A model generated the notes under the pieces. That model had not been told where the DNA came from, made no database searches, and saw nothing but the letters and a program-made list of their open reading frames with translations. A program made the translations under genes and the position numbers. Below are positions 10,594 through 19,678 of a stretch of DNA of 64,000 bases, one piece after another. Location of the stretch: the NCBI RefSeq assembly GCF_003790525.1, contig NZ_CP033635.1; one strand, given 5' to 3'. Numbering within the stretch: the stretch's first letter is position 1; each line of letters starts with the position of its first letter. This stretch comes from Escherichia coli. Its GTDB lineage: Bacteria > Pseudomonadota > Gammaproteobacteria > Enterobacterales > Enterobacteriaceae.

Positions 10594-12993
10594 TCAGATT
10601 TTCAGCGGTAACACGCTGCTCATCCAGCCTGGAATTTCTTCGGCGGGTAGGGGGCGGGAAAAGAAATATCCCTGAATAACGCGACAGTGGATCTTGCGTA
10701 GCATCTCAAATTGCTCTTTGGTTTCGACGCCTTCCGCCACGACGGTTAAATTAAGGCTTTGCCCAATGCTGGTAATGGCTTCAAGTAAGGCAAGGATGCG
10801 TTTTTCGGTCAGACAACGATCGACAAAACTTTTGTCAATTTTGATTTCCGTTACTGGAAGACTGACTAAGCGGGATAATCCGGAAAAGCCCGTGCCAAAA
10901 TCATCTACCGATAAACCCACGCCCATATCGCGCAGGATCTGAATGCGCTTAAAGATTTCGGTATCGTGTTCCATCATCATGCTTTCCGTGATTTCTACCG
11001 TCAGCTGGTGGCCGTCAATACCCCAGGCTTGCATTGCATCAGACACCTGATTAGGCAGCTGATTACTGCGAAAGTGCAGCGCCGACAAGTTCACGGATAA
11101 CGCCGGGATATGAATATTCTGGCTACGCCATTCTGCTAACTGACGGCAAGCTTCCGCGATGACCCAGCGTCCAATATTTTCGATTTCACCGATCTCTTCT
11201 GCGAGAGGAATAAACCGTGAAGGGGGCACATGACCATGCAGGGGATCGTGCCAGCGAGCAAGGGCTTCGATGCCGTACAGTTCACCCGTTTCTGCGAAGA
11301 TTTGTGGCTGGTAAACCAGTTTCAGTTGGTTATTGCTAATTGCTTCTTTCAGCGCCGCGCCTAAAACCAAACGCTCTTTTACCATTTCGTTCATCGCCGG
11401 GCTGAAGAACTGCCAGCCGTTACCGCCATTTTTGCGAATAAAATCCATTGCATTGTGAGCAGTGGAGAGCAGGTAATCGCGGTTTTTACCCACGTCGTAG
11501 CTGATGCCAATGCTCAAGGTGAGCGGGAATGGTTTATCGTCAATCATTATCGGCTTGCTGACCACATTCCGTAGCTCATCGGCGATCTGCGTAATGTTAC
11601 TGACGTCGTTTTCGAGGCTCACGAGGACAAACTGCGTACCTTCGATACGACAGAGATATTGATCCGGTTTGAGTTTTTCACGAAAGCGATTGACCACTTC
11701 CAGCAATGCCTGATCGGCCCACGCATAGCCAAGGCTATCAATCACATCCTGAATATGGTCAACACCGATGAGATACACCACTGGAGAGACGGCTTTGTCG
11801 ACCAGGTCATCGAGGTAATTGTGCAGGTTATTGCGATTTGGCAGACCGGTCATCGGATCAAATTGGATGAGTTGTTCAATATGCTGACGGCTTTTTTCCT
11901 GTTCCAGCGCCAGCGCGGCCATATGCTGGCTGATATCTGCCACGCGTTCGATAAAGGCGCTGGTTTCTGCTCCTGACGAGGTTTTAATTTGCAGGATCCC
12001 CGCCGGCGCGCCATCACGCTGACGAATGGTCGCTGACCAGCTTTGCGCATTTTGAACTTCTGTACCGTGCGAAGATGACGCCCAGTGTATCGGCATCCCG
12101 TTGCGCAGCGCGTACAGCGAAACATGCGATTCGTTGAGTACAGATTCGATGTTACGACAAATGATTTCCCCCATTTCATGAAATGGCGGGCTGCTGCACA
12201 TGGCGGCGAGAATATTGCCTTCAAGCTGGCGGATTTGCCGTTCTTCGGTGATATCCGAGAAGGTCATTACCAGGTTCTGCAGATGCGCGAGCACGTCATA
12301 AACCGGGCTGATAGAGGCTTTAATCCAGATTTTTTCACCGGTGCGCGTCAACAGCAGAAATTCATCCTGATCGCGGGCGGTTTTCCATAGCAACTGTTGT
12401 AAACGAATGCGGTTATCGGCAGGGAATTCAGGAATGTTAAGGAGTGAATCGGGCTGCATACCGCTGGCTTCGCTAATGCAGTAACCAAACATTTCGGTAA
12501 ATGCGCGATTGCACTGCACAATATGGCGTTCCGGATCGAGGACAATCACCGGTCGGTCGAGATGGTCAACGGCAATAATCAATTGTCGGGTCTGTTCTTT
12601 TTGCGCCATTTCTACGCTGGCATCCCGTACCAGCGCCAGGTAATAAACTTTCCCCTCGGCGCTCACTTTCGATAGCGCAAAACGGGTCCAGATTTTACTG
12701 CCGTCTTTTTTCTCCAGCTGCAGCTCCCGACTCATCCCCTCGACGCGCGCTTTACCGCCTTCACGGTTATGACGAATGTATTCAGGATGCGCAGGACGCA
12801 AATCCCGCGGAATCAGCATATCAATGTTATTGCCAATGACTTCTTCACGTTTGTACCCCCAGAGCTTCTCTGCGGCGGGGTTGAAAAACATCACTTCATC
12901 ATTTTCGTTAATTAACACCGCACCCATCATATTTTGCTCAAGGGCGGGGAAAAAAATGCCATCGGCGGCATTATCCGCATCGGTTAGCTTCAT
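10594..12993 (-). CDS. dosP: Heme-PAS oxygen-sensing c-di-GMP phosphodiesterase DosP
   Basis: ORF 10594..13017 trimmed to ATG at 12991-12993 giving MKLTDADNAADGIFFPALE (799 aa); PAS, degenerate GGDEF and EAL domains (YGIEALARW). Confidence 0.93.
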   Translation of the reverse strand: MKLTDADNAADGIFFPALEQNMMGAVLINENDEVMFFNPAAEKLWGYKREEVIGNNIDMLIPRDLRPAHPEYIRHNREGGKARVEGMSRELQLEKKDGSKIWTRFALSKVSAEGKVYYLALVRDASVEMAQKEQTRQLIIAVDHLDRPVIVLDPERHIVQCNRAFTEMFGYCISEASGMQPDSLLNIPEFPADNRIRLQQLLWKTARDQDEFLLLTRTGEKIWIKASISPVYDVLAHLQNLVMTFSDITEERQIRQLEGNILAAMCSSPPFHEMGEIICRNIESVLNESHVSLYALRNGMPIHWASSSHGTEVQNAQSWSATIRQRDGAPAGILQIKTSSGAETSAFIERVADISQHMAALALEQEKSRQHIEQLIQFDPMTGLPNRNNLHNYLDDLVDKAVSPVVYLIGVDHIQDVIDSLGYAWADQALLEVVNRFREKLKPDQYLCRIEGTQFVLVSLENDVSNITQIADELRNVVSKPIMIDDKPFPLTLSIGISYDVGKNRDYLLSTAHNAMDFIRKNGGNGWQFFSPAMNEMVKERLVLGAALKEAISNNQLKLVYQPQIFAETGELYGIEALARWHDPLHGHVPPSRFIPLAEEIGEIENIGRWVIAEACRQLAEWRSQNIHIPALSVNLSALHFRSNQLPNQVSDAMQAWGIDGHQLTVEITESMMMEHDTEIFKRIQILRDMGVGLSVDDFGTGFSGLSRLVSLPVTEIKIDKSFVDRCLTEKRILALLEAITSIGQSLNLTVVAEGVETKEQFEMLRKIHCRVIQGYFFSRPLPAEEIPGWMSSVLPLKI

Positions 12994-13017
12994 AATTACC
13001 TCTGCATCCTGACGCAT

Positions 13018-14400
13018 CTAAAGACTGGCTTTCCAGAGTTCAACACGGTTTCTACCTCGTCTTTTGGCGATATACAGAGCTTCATCGGCTATTTGAATGA
13101 GGCGCTCATAGTCAGGATGACCATTAAACATGGCGGCACCGATGGAAAGTGAGAGGGCAATATCCTCGCCGTTTGCGGCTTTCAGTTTGGTTTTCTCCAC
13201 CCGACTGCGAATACGTTCTGCGGTACGTAACGTTTCGTTTTCCGAAGCTTCAGTCAAAACAATGATAAATTCATCGCCCCCGTAGCGGAAAACATAATCA
13301 CTACTGCGGACGTTGTCATAAAAGGCCTGAGAGACTTTACGCAGAATTTCATCGCCAGTGTTATGGCCCCACGTATCGTTAATCTCTTTGAATTTATCAA
13401 CGTCAATAATCAGCACTGACAGCGGTGTACCGGTCCGGTTGGCATGGGCAATTTCGCGTTTGAAGATCGTCGGCAGGAAACGGCGGTTAAGTAATTTCGT
13501 CAGTACATCCATACCGACTTCGTGGCGCGATACTTCTTCAAACAATTCACGCAACAAGGTAATAATTTGCGATACGGTATTTCTTATCTGTAATAAAAAT
13601 TTCACCCGTAAACTTCTGTTATTCAAATTCCTGGTGTTACGCATGGTTTGATTGAAAATACCGTCGAAATCCTGAATCAGACGGGAGATATGGCCCACTT
13701 CGGCTATGCCGCTAAAATAATGTCGACCTTTATGGTTAAACCACAGGCCAAAATCAGCCTGGCTTAAAGGCAAACTACTGCCTAAATCAGAATCCAGCAG
13801 GACTTTATAGATAATATCTATTTCCCATGAAAGTATTGAGGCTATTTGCCGTTCTTTTTCTTCTTCGGCATTTTCCAGTAACGAGAAGATACGATAGTTT
13901 TCATCTTCCTTTGAGGCACTACTGTCACTAAAGGTAAACGCGCGGGTCATCACTTCCATAGCGATATCAATACTGTTAATCGAGAAATGGTAGACCTGAA
14001 GTTTTTCCGCGGCGGAATAATCCGAAGAGAAGATGACCGGATAGAGGATTTTTTTCAGCACCCGAAACCCCATCTCGACAATTTCTACCGGAATTCCTAT
14101 GCGGGCATGCACTTCCGCGACGGTATGCTGGATTTGTATTAGCCTTTCGACATCGTCAACCTGGGCAGAAAGCACGTTAATAATCCAGCGTTCCATCGCA
14201 CTTTTCAACTGCCGCTCAACTTGTTCATTACTCAAGAATTCTTCGGCATGCGGGTCGATACGGACAATTCGGTAAAACTCAATACTCAGATAATGGGCAT
14301 GCGCAACGGCAATTTCCGCGGCTTTAGCACGAATGAGCGGATCTGCTTGTTCGACAAGCCCGGTCCACTCATCTTTCATTCTTTTAAAATACATCTCCAT
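13018..14400 (-). CDS. dosC: Globin-coupled diguanylate cyclase DosC
   Basis: 460-aa ORF MEMYFKRMKDEWTG...; C-terminal GGDEF domain with RYGGDEF active-site motif; immediately upstream of dosP in an operon arrangement. Confidence 0.95.
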   Translation of the reverse strand: MEMYFKRMKDEWTGLVEQADPLIRAKAAEIAVAHAHYLSIEFYRIVRIDPHAEEFLSNEQVERQLKSAMERWIINVLSAQVDDVERLIQIQHTVAEVHARIGIPVEIVEMGFRVLKKILYPVIFSSDYSAAEKLQVYHFSINSIDIAMEVMTRAFTFSDSSASKEDENYRIFSLLENAEEEKERQIASILSWEIDIIYKVLLDSDLGSSLPLSQADFGLWFNHKGRHYFSGIAEVGHISRLIQDFDGIFNQTMRNTRNLNNRSLRVKFLLQIRNTVSQIITLLRELFEEVSRHEVGMDVLTKLLNRRFLPTIFKREIAHANRTGTPLSVLIIDVDKFKEINDTWGHNTGDEILRKVSQAFYDNVRSSDYVFRYGGDEFIIVLTEASENETLRTAERIRSRVEKTKLKAANGEDIALSLSIGAAMFNGHPDYERLIQIADEALYIAKRRGRNRVELWKASL

Positions 14401-14724
14401 AATTCACACCCTTATAAGGCTGGGAAAGCAGACGGAATCAAAACGAAACGCAACGTGCGAGATCGACTAACTGCACCATACTCTCCTGAAATATGAAGAT
14501 ATACTGAAAACAAATAAGCGACTTAGGACAGTTTCAATCTACGCTACTGTTCTTCAGAAGAGTATAGCCCATCGTAATTATTTTTCGGTGACAGCGAATA
14601 TCGTATGTTTTTTCATGTTCATACATTTTTATTAGGGGATTTATGACTGTTTAACTAAGTGTGGTTAATTGCGTAGTTAATTTGACTTAAGTAAGCATGA
14701 TTACTAGTGGGATATTTCAAGAGG

Positions 14725-14758
14725 GTAACAAGCCGGGGGGAAAGCACCGGCTTGTTAC
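14725..14758. repeat. Perfect 12-bp stem-loop downstream of yddW
   Basis: gtaacaagccgg (14725..14736) / ccggcttgttac (14747..14758) around a 10-nt loop; no clear U-tract on either side; 18 nt past the yddW stop. Confidence 0.5.
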
Positions 14759-14775
14759 AAAGTAAGAATGGGAGT

Positions 14776-16095
14776 TTAACTGCCCCAACGACTTTGCAGA
14801 TAGCTGACCGCTTGTTGAGTCTGTGGCTTATTCAGATAGTCCTCACGGAACAAGATTGTGCCGCTAATTTCTGGCACGGCATCGTTAAGATCGAGCTGCT
14901 TTTTCAGTTCCGGTACGCCGCCGTTAATTATCCAGTCTGGCTCTATCTTTGAAGGTTCACCCACTTTATAGAAGGCGATACCGATATACAGGCGGGTCCT
15001 GGTCGGTTTAACGACATCCGCCCACCATTTTGCCAACACGTCATAACGCGCGGCACTCCGTGAGAATGGCCAGTAAATTTGGGGAGCAATGTAATCCAGC
15101 AACCCTTGTTCCACCCATCGACGGGTATCAGCGTAGGATTCGTCATAGGCTGCCGCGCCTCGGGTATCGGAACCGAGCGGATCGTGTGATCGGTTACGCC
15201 ACACGCCTGCCGGGCTAACGCCAAATTCGACTTCCGGCTTAATGCTTTTAATGGTGTGCGATACCTTCGCAATTAACTGCTGAGTATTGTTGCGCCGCCA
15301 GTCTGCTTTTGACGCAAATGCGCCGCCGTATTTGCGGTACGTTTCATTATCATTTAGCCGTGAACCTGGCGACTCAGTATAGAAATAGTCGTCAAACTGC
15401 ACGCCATCTACCGGATAGCGGGAAACCACTTCTGCAACTATTGATGTGATCCAGTCCTGAACCTCAGGTATGCCCGGGTCGAGGACAAAGCGATCGCCGG
15501 ACGTTCTGATCCAGTCGCGGTGTTGCACATAGACGCTCGCCGGTTGTTGAGACAGGGTGCTATTCAGTTCCCTGATAGTACCGGGCTTCGTATTAACCGA
15601 TACGCGATAGGGGTTAAACCAGACGTGTACTTTCATCCCACGCTTGTGGGCTTCGTCGAGCATGAATTGCAGCGGATCGTAACCCGGATTTTCACCAATC
15701 TTACCGGTCATAAGATCGGACCACGGCAAAATTTTCGATGGCCACAGGGCGGTACCGTCTGGCTTGACCTGGAAAAAGACCGTGTTTATGCCGAGACGTT
15801 GCAGATGATCCAGTTTGTCGATCATCGCCTGTTGTTGTACACGGGCCCGGCTGGTGGGGTTACTAATGTTAACCGAGGAAACCGGTGGCCAGTCGAGGCG
15901 AGACACCGTGGCCAGCCAGATGCCACGCATCGGTTGTGACGATTGTTGCGTCGTGGCTGGTGGCTTTGAACCCGCTGGTGGTGTCACCATGGACTCTGGA
16001 GGCGTGCTTTTACAACTACACAGTAAAAGTGCCAGTGCAACCAGTATCGCTGGTCTTCTAATCGCTAATTTCTCGTTTCGGGAGCAGATATCCAT
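14776..16095 (-). CDS. yddW: Outer-membrane lipoprotein, family 10 glycosyl-hydrolase-like (YddW)
   Basis: 439-aa ORF; lipoprotein signal with lipobox LLLCSC; length and sequence match recalled YddW. Confidence 0.9.
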   Translation of the reverse strand: MDICSRNEKLAIRRPAILVALALLLCSCKSTPPESMVTPPAGSKPPATTQQSSQPMRGIWLATVSRLDWPPVSSVNISNPTSRARVQQQAMIDKLDHLQRLGINTVFFQVKPDGTALWPSKILPWSDLMTGKIGENPGYDPLQFMLDEAHKRGMKVHVWFNPYRVSVNTKPGTIRELNSTLSQQPASVYVQHRDWIRTSGDRFVLDPGIPEVQDWITSIVAEVVSRYPVDGVQFDDYFYTESPGSRLNDNETYRKYGGAFASKADWRRNNTQQLIAKVSHTIKSIKPEVEFGVSPAGVWRNRSHDPLGSDTRGAAAYDESYADTRRWVEQGLLDYIAPQIYWPFSRSAARYDVLAKWWADVVKPTRTRLYIGIAFYKVGEPSKIEPDWIINGGVPELKKQLDLNDAVPEISGTILFREDYLNKPQTQQAVSYLQSRWGS

Positions 16096-16170
16096 ATGTG
16101 CTGGTTTCCGGTAAACAGATGTGCGCTCATTCTCGTACTTATCCCGGTTAAGTCAATACGACAGCAAGCA

Positions 16171-16200
16171 CGAAAAAGGGAGCGATGAATTATCGCTCCC
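16171..16200 (-). terminator. Intrinsic terminator downstream of gadC
   Basis: Stem gggagcgat / atcgctccc (16178..16200) with 5-nt loop; on the minus strand followed by a U-tract (complement of aaaaa at 16173..16177); about 25 bp past the gadC stop. Confidence 0.7.
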
Positions 16201-16225
16201 TTGTCTTATAACCATTCAGACATGG

Positions 16226-17761
16226 TTAGTGTTTCTTGTCATTCATCACAATATAGTGTGGTGAACGTGCACGCGGGTGCAGGAAGAAGTGACCTTTTGG
16301 TGCGTTCTGACTGTTGATTGGCTCCAGAGTAACGCCGGTATTCCCTTTGCCTTTACGATCATGAACAGCATAGAGAATAAAGGGCAGGGCAAGTACCACC
16401 AGGAAACTCACGACCAGTAATTCAACATACATATCGGTAGAGTCACCCTGGATGTTATCCGGCGGCAGGAAGGAAACAATAAACGCCATAATTGAAGTCA
16501 GCAGACCGACAATAGCCACGACCAGTTTCACCCCTTTACCACCAGGGATATTAAATGTGCGTTTTAAGTCAGGATGTTTAAGAACCAACACAATGTAGCC
16601 AATAAACAGCATGAAATAAGCACACAGATAAATCACCACCGTCAGTGCCAGTGCGATCAGGAAGGACATGTTGTTACCGCCACCGGTATTGGTGAGGATG
16701 ATCAACGCGATAGAAGTAATCACCAGCTGCGAAATGACCAGCGTTACCGGTACGCCATTTTTGTTCATTTTAGCGAATGCTGCTGGCAGCAGGTTTTTCT
16801 GCGCTGTGACATACATCCCGCGAGAAGGACCAACAATCCAGGAAGCGATTTCCGCCAGAACACCCAGCAACAGCAGTGCGGAGATCACGCGAACCGTCCA
16901 CTCAATTTCCGGTGCCACATGTGACATCAGAACGGTAAAGGTTTGCATTACCCCTGCGGAGAGGTTGATTTCATTACCCGGAATGACCATCGCAATAGAC
17001 AAACCGCCAACAGAGCTTAAGCAGATTGCCGCTACCATCAGCAGTAACATAGCCAGTGGATAGTCGCGCCCGGGGTTGCTCATTTCATTGACGTGGGTTG
17101 CGGAAGCTTCAACGCCCATATAACTCAAAATGAAGGCAACAAATACAACCAGGGTGCCCACTTTAGAGAAGTCAGGGAAGAAGGTCTTCGCATCCATTTC
17201 GATAGCAACGGGGGCACCGGAGTGCAGATAAATAGCCGCTAATGCGATCAAAATAAATGCAGGTAACAGGATACCGGCGAAGAAGCCAACTTTAGCAATG
17301 CGCGCCGTGTATTTCGTGCCACCAAACTGCGTTAATGCCAGCGCCCAAAGAATGATGAGTGCTGCAATAGTTTTGGTAATGGGGTCTTCATTCAGCGCTG
17401 GCCATTTCAGGATGTAGGAGAGTGCCCCTAACACGAAATAGAGCATCGGAATAAAACCAATGGCGATTTGCAGATAACCAAATGAGATCGCTGCAAATCC
17501 CCATCTCGGCCCCAAAGTATTTGATACCCAGGCGAAGACGCCACCTTCTTCCCAGCCGTCGACGGTAGCCATTTCCGCAGCACAAAGTCCCACGGGAATA
17601 AACCATAAAATCCCGCCTAATAGCAGGAAGAAGACTAATGAAAAGCCCGATGTTGCGAAGGTAGGGTATTCATAAACAGCCATTACCATCGATGCCGTTA
17701 TGGCAAAGAATCCGAGTAATGTGAGCTGCTTAGCTTTACCTGTCTGTACTGATGTAGCCAT
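16226..17761 (-). CDS. gadC: Glutamate:GABA antiporter GadC
   Basis: 511-aa [32 protein letters not shown]...; APC-family transporter; start at ATG 17759-17761. Confidence 0.95.
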   Translation of the reverse strand: MATSVQTGKAKQLTLLGFFAITASMVMAVYEYPTFATSGFSLVFFLLLGGILWFIPVGLCAAEMATVDGWEEGGVFAWVSNTLGPRWGFAAISFGYLQIAIGFIPMLYFVLGALSYILKWPALNEDPITKTIAALIILWALALTQFGGTKYTARIAKVGFFAGILLPAFILIALAAIYLHSGAPVAIEMDAKTFFPDFSKVGTLVVFVAFILSYMGVEASATHVNEMSNPGRDYPLAMLLLMVAAICLSSVGGLSIAMVIPGNEINLSAGVMQTFTVLMSHVAPEIEWTVRVISALLLLGVLAEIASWIVGPSRGMYVTAQKNLLPAAFAKMNKNGVPVTLVISQLVITSIALIILTNTGGGNNMSFLIALALTVVIYLCAYFMLFIGYIVLVLKHPDLKRTFNIPGGKGVKLVVAIVGLLTSIMAFIVSFLPPDNIQGDSTDMYVELLVVSFLVVLALPFILYAVHDRKGKGNTGVTLEPINSQNAPKGHFFLHPRARSPHYIVMNDKKH

Positions 17762-17870
17762 ATTATCCCCCTAAAACGGTATTCCTGTCGGAACCGCACC
17801 TGTTTTGTTCTGAAGCGTATTCAGAACAATATTTTCCGTTGCTAATGCCAGTGAACAGACTTTGGAAATT

Positions 17871-17896
17871 GTCCCGAAACGGGTGTGTTTCGGGAC
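17871..17896 (-). terminator. Stem-loop in the gadB-gadC intergenic region (possible attenuator or 3' stabiliser)
   Basis: Perfect 10-bp stem gtcccgaaac / gtttcgggac with 6-nt loop; weak U-tract, so more likely partial termination or a processing/stability element than a strong terminator. Confidence 0.4.
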
Positions 17897-17916
17897 ACCG
17901 TTACCGTTAAACGTTA

Positions 17917-19317
17917 TCAGGTATGTTTAAAGCTGTTCTGCTGGGCAATACCCTGCAGTTTCGGGTGATCGCTGAGATATTTCAGGGAGGCTTTGTAGTC
18001 TTCCAGCAACAGTTCAGCAAAGTCCATTTCGAAGCCGCGACGACACATAATGCGCATCACCACGATGTCAGTGGCTTCACCGCCGAGAGTGAAGGCCGGA
18101 ACCTGCCAGCCGCGCAGACGCAGACGTTCAGAGAGGTCGTAGAGGGTGTATCCCGGATCTTCACCATCTTTCAGTTTGAAGCAAACCGCCGGGATGCCTT
18201 CGTCCGGGCGACCGGTACAGATAAACTCATACGGTCCCAGTTTGGCGATTTCATCCGCCAGATAAGCGGCAACCTGGTAGGAAGCGTTCTGTACTTTGGT
18301 ATAGCCTTCACGACCGAGGCGCAGGAATTCATAGTACTGTGCAATCACCTGACCCGCCGGGCGGGAGAAGTTGATGGCGAAAGTCCCAATCTGACCGCCG
18401 AGGTAGTCAACGTTGAACACCAGTTCCTGCGGCAGCGCTTCTTCATCACGCCAGATAACCCAGCCGCAGCCCAGCGGAGCCAGACCGAATTTATGGCCTG
18501 AAGCACTGATCGATTTCACACGCGGCAGGCGGAAGTCCCAGACGATATCCGGGGCGACGAACGGTGCCAGGAAGCCACCGCTGGCGGCGTCGATGTGCAT
18601 GTCGATGTCGATACCGGTGTCGGCCTGGAATTTATCCAGCGCATCGTGCAGCGGCTGCGGGAACTCATAGTTACCGGTGTAGGTCACGCCGAAAGTCGGC
18701 ACCACGCCGATGGTATTTTCGTCGCAGGCTTCAATCATGCGTTTCGGGTCCATAAACAACTGACCGGGGCGCATAGGGATCTCACGCAACTCCACATCCC
18801 AGTAGCGGGCGAATTTATGCCAGCAGATTTGCACCGGACCGCACACCAGGTTTGGTTTATCCGTTGGTTTGCCTGCAGCTTCCATACGCTTGCGCCAACG
18901 CCATTTCATCGCCATCCCGCCAAGCATACAGGCCTCGGAAGAACCAATGGTGTTGGTGCCAACGGCCTGACCATTTTTCGGCGCAGGCGCATGCCACAGA
19001 TCGGCAACCATGTTTACGCAACGCAGGTCGATGGCTGCGGATTGCGGATATTCTTCTTTGTCGATCCAGTTTTTGTTAATGGATAAATCCATCAACTTGT
19101 GGACGTTTTCGTCGTCCCAGGTCTGGCAGAAAGTGGCCAGGTTCTGACGAGCGTTGCCATCAAGATATAATTCGTCATTGATAATCTGAAATGCGACATC
19201 GTCGCGCATTTCGTGCAGCGGAAAACGTTTTGATTCTGCGATAGTGGAAATAGACTTTGCACCAAAACGTGAATCGAGTAGTTCCGACCTTAAATCCGTT
19301 ACTTGCTTCTTATCCAT
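17917..19317 (-). CDS. gadB: Glutamate decarboxylase beta
   Basis: ORF 17917..19386 trimmed to ATG at 19315-19317 giving [25 protein letters not shown] (466 aa); PLP-dependent decarboxylase ([10 protein letters not shown] lysine motif). Confidence 0.95.
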   Translation of the reverse strand: MDKKQVTDLRSELLDSRFGAKSISTIAESKRFPLHEMRDDVAFQIINDELYLDGNARQNLATFCQTWDDENVHKLMDLSINKNWIDKEEYPQSAAIDLRCVNMVADLWHAPAPKNGQAVGTNTIGSSEACMLGGMAMKWRWRKRMEAAGKPTDKPNLVCGPVQICWHKFARYWDVELREIPMRPGQLFMDPKRMIEACDENTIGVVPTFGVTYTGNYEFPQPLHDALDKFQADTGIDIDMHIDAASGGFLAPFVAPDIVWDFRLPRVKSISASGHKFGLAPLGCGWVIWRDEEALPQELVFNVDYLGGQIGTFAINFSRPAGQVIAQYYEFLRLGREGYTKVQNASYQVAAYLADEIAKLGPYEFICTGRPDEGIPAVCFKLKDGEDPGYTLYDLSERLRLRGWQVPAFTLGGEATDIVVMRIMCRRGFEMDFAELLLEDYKASLKYLSDHPKLQGIAQQNSFKHT

Positions 19318-19396
19318 TTTAAACTCCTTAAAATGATTGGATCGCATTAAAAAAGTAGGATTTATCGATAAAGTAAGCAAGTGCAAAGGACTCGTG

Positions 19397-19416
19397 TTTA
19401 AATAACAAAATCCTAA
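19397..19416 (-). promoter_or_regulatory. gad box (GadE/GadX/GadW-responsive element) upstream of gadB
   Basis: Plus strand reads tttaaataacaaaatcctaa, the reverse complement of the recalled 20-bp gad box TTAGGATTTTGTTATTTAAA; sits about 80-100 bp upstream of the gadB ATG in an AT-rich region. Confidence 0.65.
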
Positions 19417-19678
19417 TGTTATTTATCGCGAGATATTATGCGAATTATATTTTATCATTGAAAATCAATATATTATTGAATTCTTGGGTGGTGGCAAGGT
19501 GTTTTATGCTGTTATTTTTATGCACTTTCTACGCCTCCTGAATTATCACGTAAAAATCAGACCTTAAAATATCACTATTAGCACTCGGCTATTATTTTGA
19601 ACGCATTTATAAAATTATTACATAAAAATGGCGAATATTGCTAAAATCCCCGCCAACGAGGTGTTGACGGGGCTGTTA

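Noticed and set aside
18595-19086. 163-aa plus-strand ORF inside gadB
   Set aside because: Antisense to gadB, His/Arg-rich, no start context; shadow ORF.
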